From contig NC_007493.2 of NCBI RefSeq assembly GCF_000012905.2, positions 2,970,001 through 3,002,000 on the forward strand: a DNA stretch of 32,000 nucleotides. The letters run 5' to 3'. Made by a program: the position numbers and the translations under genes. This stretch comes from Cereibacter sphaeroides 2.4.1. Its GTDB lineage: Bacteria; Pseudomonadota; Alphaproteobacteria; Rhodobacterales; Rhodobacteraceae. This document shows positions 29,097-32,000 of this stretch, piece by piece (position 1 is the stretch's first letter; each line of letters starts with the position of its first letter). Below the pieces are notes generated by a model. The model made no database searches. It was not told the DNA's origin and saw nothing but the letters and a program-made list of their open reading frames with translations.

Positions 29097-29709
29097 GAGC
29101 CAGGGCTTTCAGCTTCAGGATGACAGCGTCGGGATCGGTGAGGCTCGGCAGAGTCTCCACCTCCATGTTCCACGACTGGCGCGCCGCTGCAATCTCGCTG
29201 ATGTGTCCCACGCCTTTCGGGAAGAGGCAGATCCCATTCGGCGCCAGATGCGGCGCAGCCAACGCGCACAGGTCGGGCAAGGCGGCCAGAGCGCGGGCGC
29301 TGATGACATCCGCCTTCTGTGGCGGAAGCGACTCGATGCGGGCGGCCAGCACCGAGGCGGAGAGCTTCAGCTCGCGACAGGCTGTCCGCAGGAACGTGGC
29401 CTTGCGCTGATCCGATTCGACTAGAACGAATCGAGACTCCGGCGATTCGTATGCCGCCATGATCGCAACGACGATCCCCGGAAAGCCGGAACCGCTTCCA
29501 AGATCGAGCCACAGGCGAGGTTGAGAGGCGAGGTGCGTCCGCAGCTGCGCCGAGTCAAGGACGTGCCGAGTCCAGATGCTGTCTACCGTGGAGCGCCCGA
29601 TCAGGTTGACCGCCTTGTTCCACTTCTCCACCAGCGCCACGAAGTGCGAAAGCTTCTCAGATGTTTCACGTGAAACATCCAATTGCGCGAGCACGCTCTC
29701 CTGCATCAT
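29089..29709 (-). CDS. rsmG: 16S rRNA (guanine527-N7)-methyltransferase RsmG (GidB)
   Basis: 206 aa, with the N-terminal [11 protein letters not shown] and the SAM motif [10 protein letters not shown]. The start overlaps the mnmG stop. Confidence 0.9.
   Translation of the reverse strand: MMQESVLAQLDVSRETSEKLSHFVALVEKWNKAVNLIGRSTVDSIWTRHVLDSAQLRTHLASQPRLWLDLGSGSGFPGIVVAIMAAYESPESRFVLVESDQRKATFLRTACRELKLSASVLAARIESLPPQKADVISARALAALPDLCALAAPHLAPNGICLFPKGVGHISEIAAARQSWNMEVETLPSLTDPDAVILKLKALAHV
29662..29677. other. parS: parS centromere-like ParB binding site (perfect consensus palindrome)
   Basis: TGTTTCACGTGAAACA read directly; ATGTTTCACGTGAAACAT is an 18-bp perfect palindrome. It matches the conserved chromosomal parS consensus tGTTNCACGTGAAACa. 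It lies inside rsmG codons 11-16 (DVSRET). Confidence 0.85.
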
Positions 29710-31586
29710 ACCGCCGCCGCGTCCCGGCCAGCGCGGCGCAGACGAGCCAGGATCAACGTCAGGGCGGACGGGGTCATCCCCTCCAGCTGTGCGGCCTGAG
29801 CGATGGTCGACGGACGGGCACGCATCAGCTTGGACTTCAGCTCACTCGAAAGTCCCGATAGCGGCGCATAATCGAAGTCCGCGGGAATGCGGATCGCCTC
29901 GTCGCGCTTCAGCGCCGCTGCCTCCTCTTCCTGCCGCAGGATGAATTGAGCATAGAGCCCGTCCTTTGCCAGCTGCTGACGGATCTCTTCCGGAAGATCG
30001 CCGTACCCCTCGACACCCCGCGCAACGGCGCTCGCGGCCTCCTCCCCGAAGGCCATCACGGCGAAAGCTGTGCGTCGCATGCCATCCTGGCTGACCTGGA
30101 TCCCCAGCTCGTTCAACTGCGACGGAGTGAAGCTGCTGCCCTCGAGAAGGGCCCTCCCCTTCTCCAGCAACTCGCGCTTCCTGTTGAAGCTCTCCCGCCG
30201 CGCATCGCTGACGCAGCCCAGATCCAGCCCGATGGGCGTCAGGCGTTGGTCGGCATTGTCGGCGCGGAGAGACAGACGGAACTCGGCCCGCGACGTGAAC
30301 ATCCGATAGGGTTCGGTGACGCCACGGCTCGTAAGATCGTCGATCATCACGCCGAGGTAGCTCCCCGAGCGGCTGAAGTGGAGCGGCTCGCGCTCCCGGA
30401 TCGAAAGGGCCGCATTGAGCCCCGCCGCGAGCCCTTGGGCAGCGGCCTCTTCGTAACCGGTGGTGCCGTTGATCTGCCCGGCGAAGTAGAGCCCGCCAAG
30501 TGCCTTCACTTCGAGAGTTGGACGGAGCTCACGCGGATCGAAATAGTCGTACTCAATCGCGTAGCCGGGCTGCAGGATGCGCACATCCTCGAGCCCGGCA
30601 ATCGTGCGAACGTACGCCTCCTGAACCTCCGCTGGAAGAGAGGTCGAGATCCCGTTGGGATAGACGGTGTCATCATCGAGGCCTTCGGGCTCAAGAAAGA
30701 CCTGATGCGCCTCCTTATCCGCGAAACGCACAATCTTGTCCTCGATGGACGGACAGTAGCGCGGCCCGACACCCTCGATATGGCCCCCATACATTGCGGA
30801 GCGACTCAGGTTATCCCGCACGATCTGGTGAGTCCGTGCGTTCGTATGGGTGATCCCGCAGGCAATCTGACGCGCTTTGGGCGCCCGGTTCAGGAACGAG
30901 AAGACAACCGGATCCTCGTCTCCCGGCTGCATCTCAAGCTCGGTCCAGCGAATCGTGCGGCCATCGAGGCGCGGCGGGGTGCCAGTTTTCAGCCGCCCGC
31001 GCGCCAGAGACAGCTCTCCCAAGACTGCCGCGAGCCGCTGCGATGGATCGTCGCCCATCCGACCCCCGGGACGCCGTTGGTCGCCGATATGAATAATGCC
31101 GTTCAGGAACGTCCCCGAGGTGAGGATCACCCGCCCTGCCCAGACACTCGTCCCGTCTGCCAACGAGACTCCCTGAACCCGACCGCCATTGACCTGCAGG
31201 TCGACGACCTCACCCTCAATAACCGTCAGACCGGGCTGCGCTGCCAGAAGCCGCTGCACGGCTTCACGATATAGCCGGCGATCCGCTTGGGCGCGCGGGC
31301 CTTGCACGGCCGGACCCTTCTTCCGATTCAGCAGGCGGAACTGGATGCCCGCCTCATCGGCCGCGCGGCCCATGATGCCGTCGAGTGCATCGATCTCGCG
31401 CACGAGGTGGCCTTTTCCAAGCCCACCGATGGCCGGGTTGCAGGACATGACGCCGAGCCCGGACTTGCGGAGGGTAAACAGCGCAACCTGAACGCCCATG
31501 CGCGCAGCAGCGGCAGCCGCTTCACAGCCGGCGTGCCCCCCACCGATGACAACAACGTCGAAATGTTTCACGTGAAACACCCTCAC
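29706..31586 (-). CDS. mnmG: tRNA uridine 5-carboxymethylaminomethyl modification enzyme MnmG (GidA)
   Basis: FAD motif [15 protein letters not shown], with full-length MnmG-like sequence. There are three in-frame GTG start candidates (31586, 31580, 31571). GTG 31586 overlaps the mnmE stop (GTGA). Confidence 0.95.
31564..31579. other. parS: parS centromere-like ParB binding site (perfect consensus palindrome), second copy
   Basis: The identical 16-mer TGTTTCACGTGAAACA lies at the mnmE/mnmG junction, covering mnmG codons VFHVKH and two of its candidate GTG starts. Confidence 0.85.
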
Positions 31587-32000
31587 TTCCCGATGCAGAA
31601 GCTGGCAAAGATCTCGCCCAGAAGCGACTCCACATCCACCCTCCCCACGAGAGAGTCGAGGGAGCGGATCGCGCGTCGCAGGTCATCTGCCGCCAGTTCC
31701 GTGTGCTGTTGGCCCCTCAATAGCTCAGCCCGCACCGATTCCATAGCCCCGATTGCGCGTTCGATGGCGAGACGGTGCCGCTCGCGGGTCAAACTTCCGG
31801 CACCTGCAGTGCGTCCCAGAAGCCTCTCGCCGATGGCGGCCACGAGTTCTGGCACGCCCTCTCCCGTCCGGCCCGAGAGGCGCAGCCCCTGCCCCGGTCG
31901 AAGGTCTGCCTTTCCCTGCACAACCAGATCATCAGCCTGAACGGTGATGCCGGACAATGGTCCGCTGTCGTCCAGAAGGAAAACACGCAGGTCCGCGGCC
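31583..32000 (-). CDS. mnmE: tRNA modification GTPase MnmE (TrmE), C-terminal part; the gene continues beyond the right edge
   Basis: The frame stays open to position 32000 (…[21 protein letters not shown]…). It ends with the MnmE hallmark C-terminus FCIGK. Confidence 0.9.

Noticed and set aside
27370-32000. The replication origin (oriC) or DnaA boxes next to the gid/par cluster
   Set aside because: I found no TTATCCACA-like boxes or AT-rich unwinding element, and every junction in this cluster is an overlap with no intergenic DNA. In alphaproteobacteria the origin is usually elsewhere (hemE-type locus). The window is origin-proximal but does not contain oriC.

Overview
This is a high-GC alphaproteobacterial (Rhodobacterales-like) chromosomal core segment. 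It is about 95% coding, with 32 protein genes, two of them truncated by the window edges. I found no rRNA, tRNA, CRISPR array, transposase, integrase or phage genes. From left to right the window contains: (1) the 5' end of a Tat-signal protein, a CAP/SCP lipoprotein and an L,D-transpeptidase lipoprotein. (2) A long minus-strand array with 4-8 nt overlaps: hslO, CoA-pyrophosphatase Nudix, cca, two paralogous ABC exporter half-transporters and a TRAM/SAM RNA methyltransferase. (3) A second Nudix gene. (4) A divergent Hpt / REC-PP2C signalling pair. (5) ilvA, interrupted by a frameshift in a 9-nt homopolymer, then argG and a DUF533/TerB-like gene. (6) A minus-strand block: maeB, PfkB ribokinase-like kinase, class IV aminotransferase and a sulfotransferase-fold protein. 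(7) mutS. (8) hrcA-grpE, divergent from rph-rdgB-ridA-hemW-ybaN. (9) The origin-proximal partition cluster mnmE-mnmG-rsmG-parA-parB, which carries two perfect 16-bp parS palindromes inside coding sequence. I do not see a convincing new defence, mobile or otherwise exotic system, and the window reads as ordinary housekeeping DNA. The best leads are the ilvA homopolymer frameshift, the two coding-embedded parS sites, an apparent drop in GC across the partition cluster, the orphan Hpt/REC-PP2C module, and the translationally coupled sulfotransferase-fold/class IV aminotransferase pair of unknown function. Many long ORFs in the six-frame track are antisense or out-of-frame artefacts of the high GC content.
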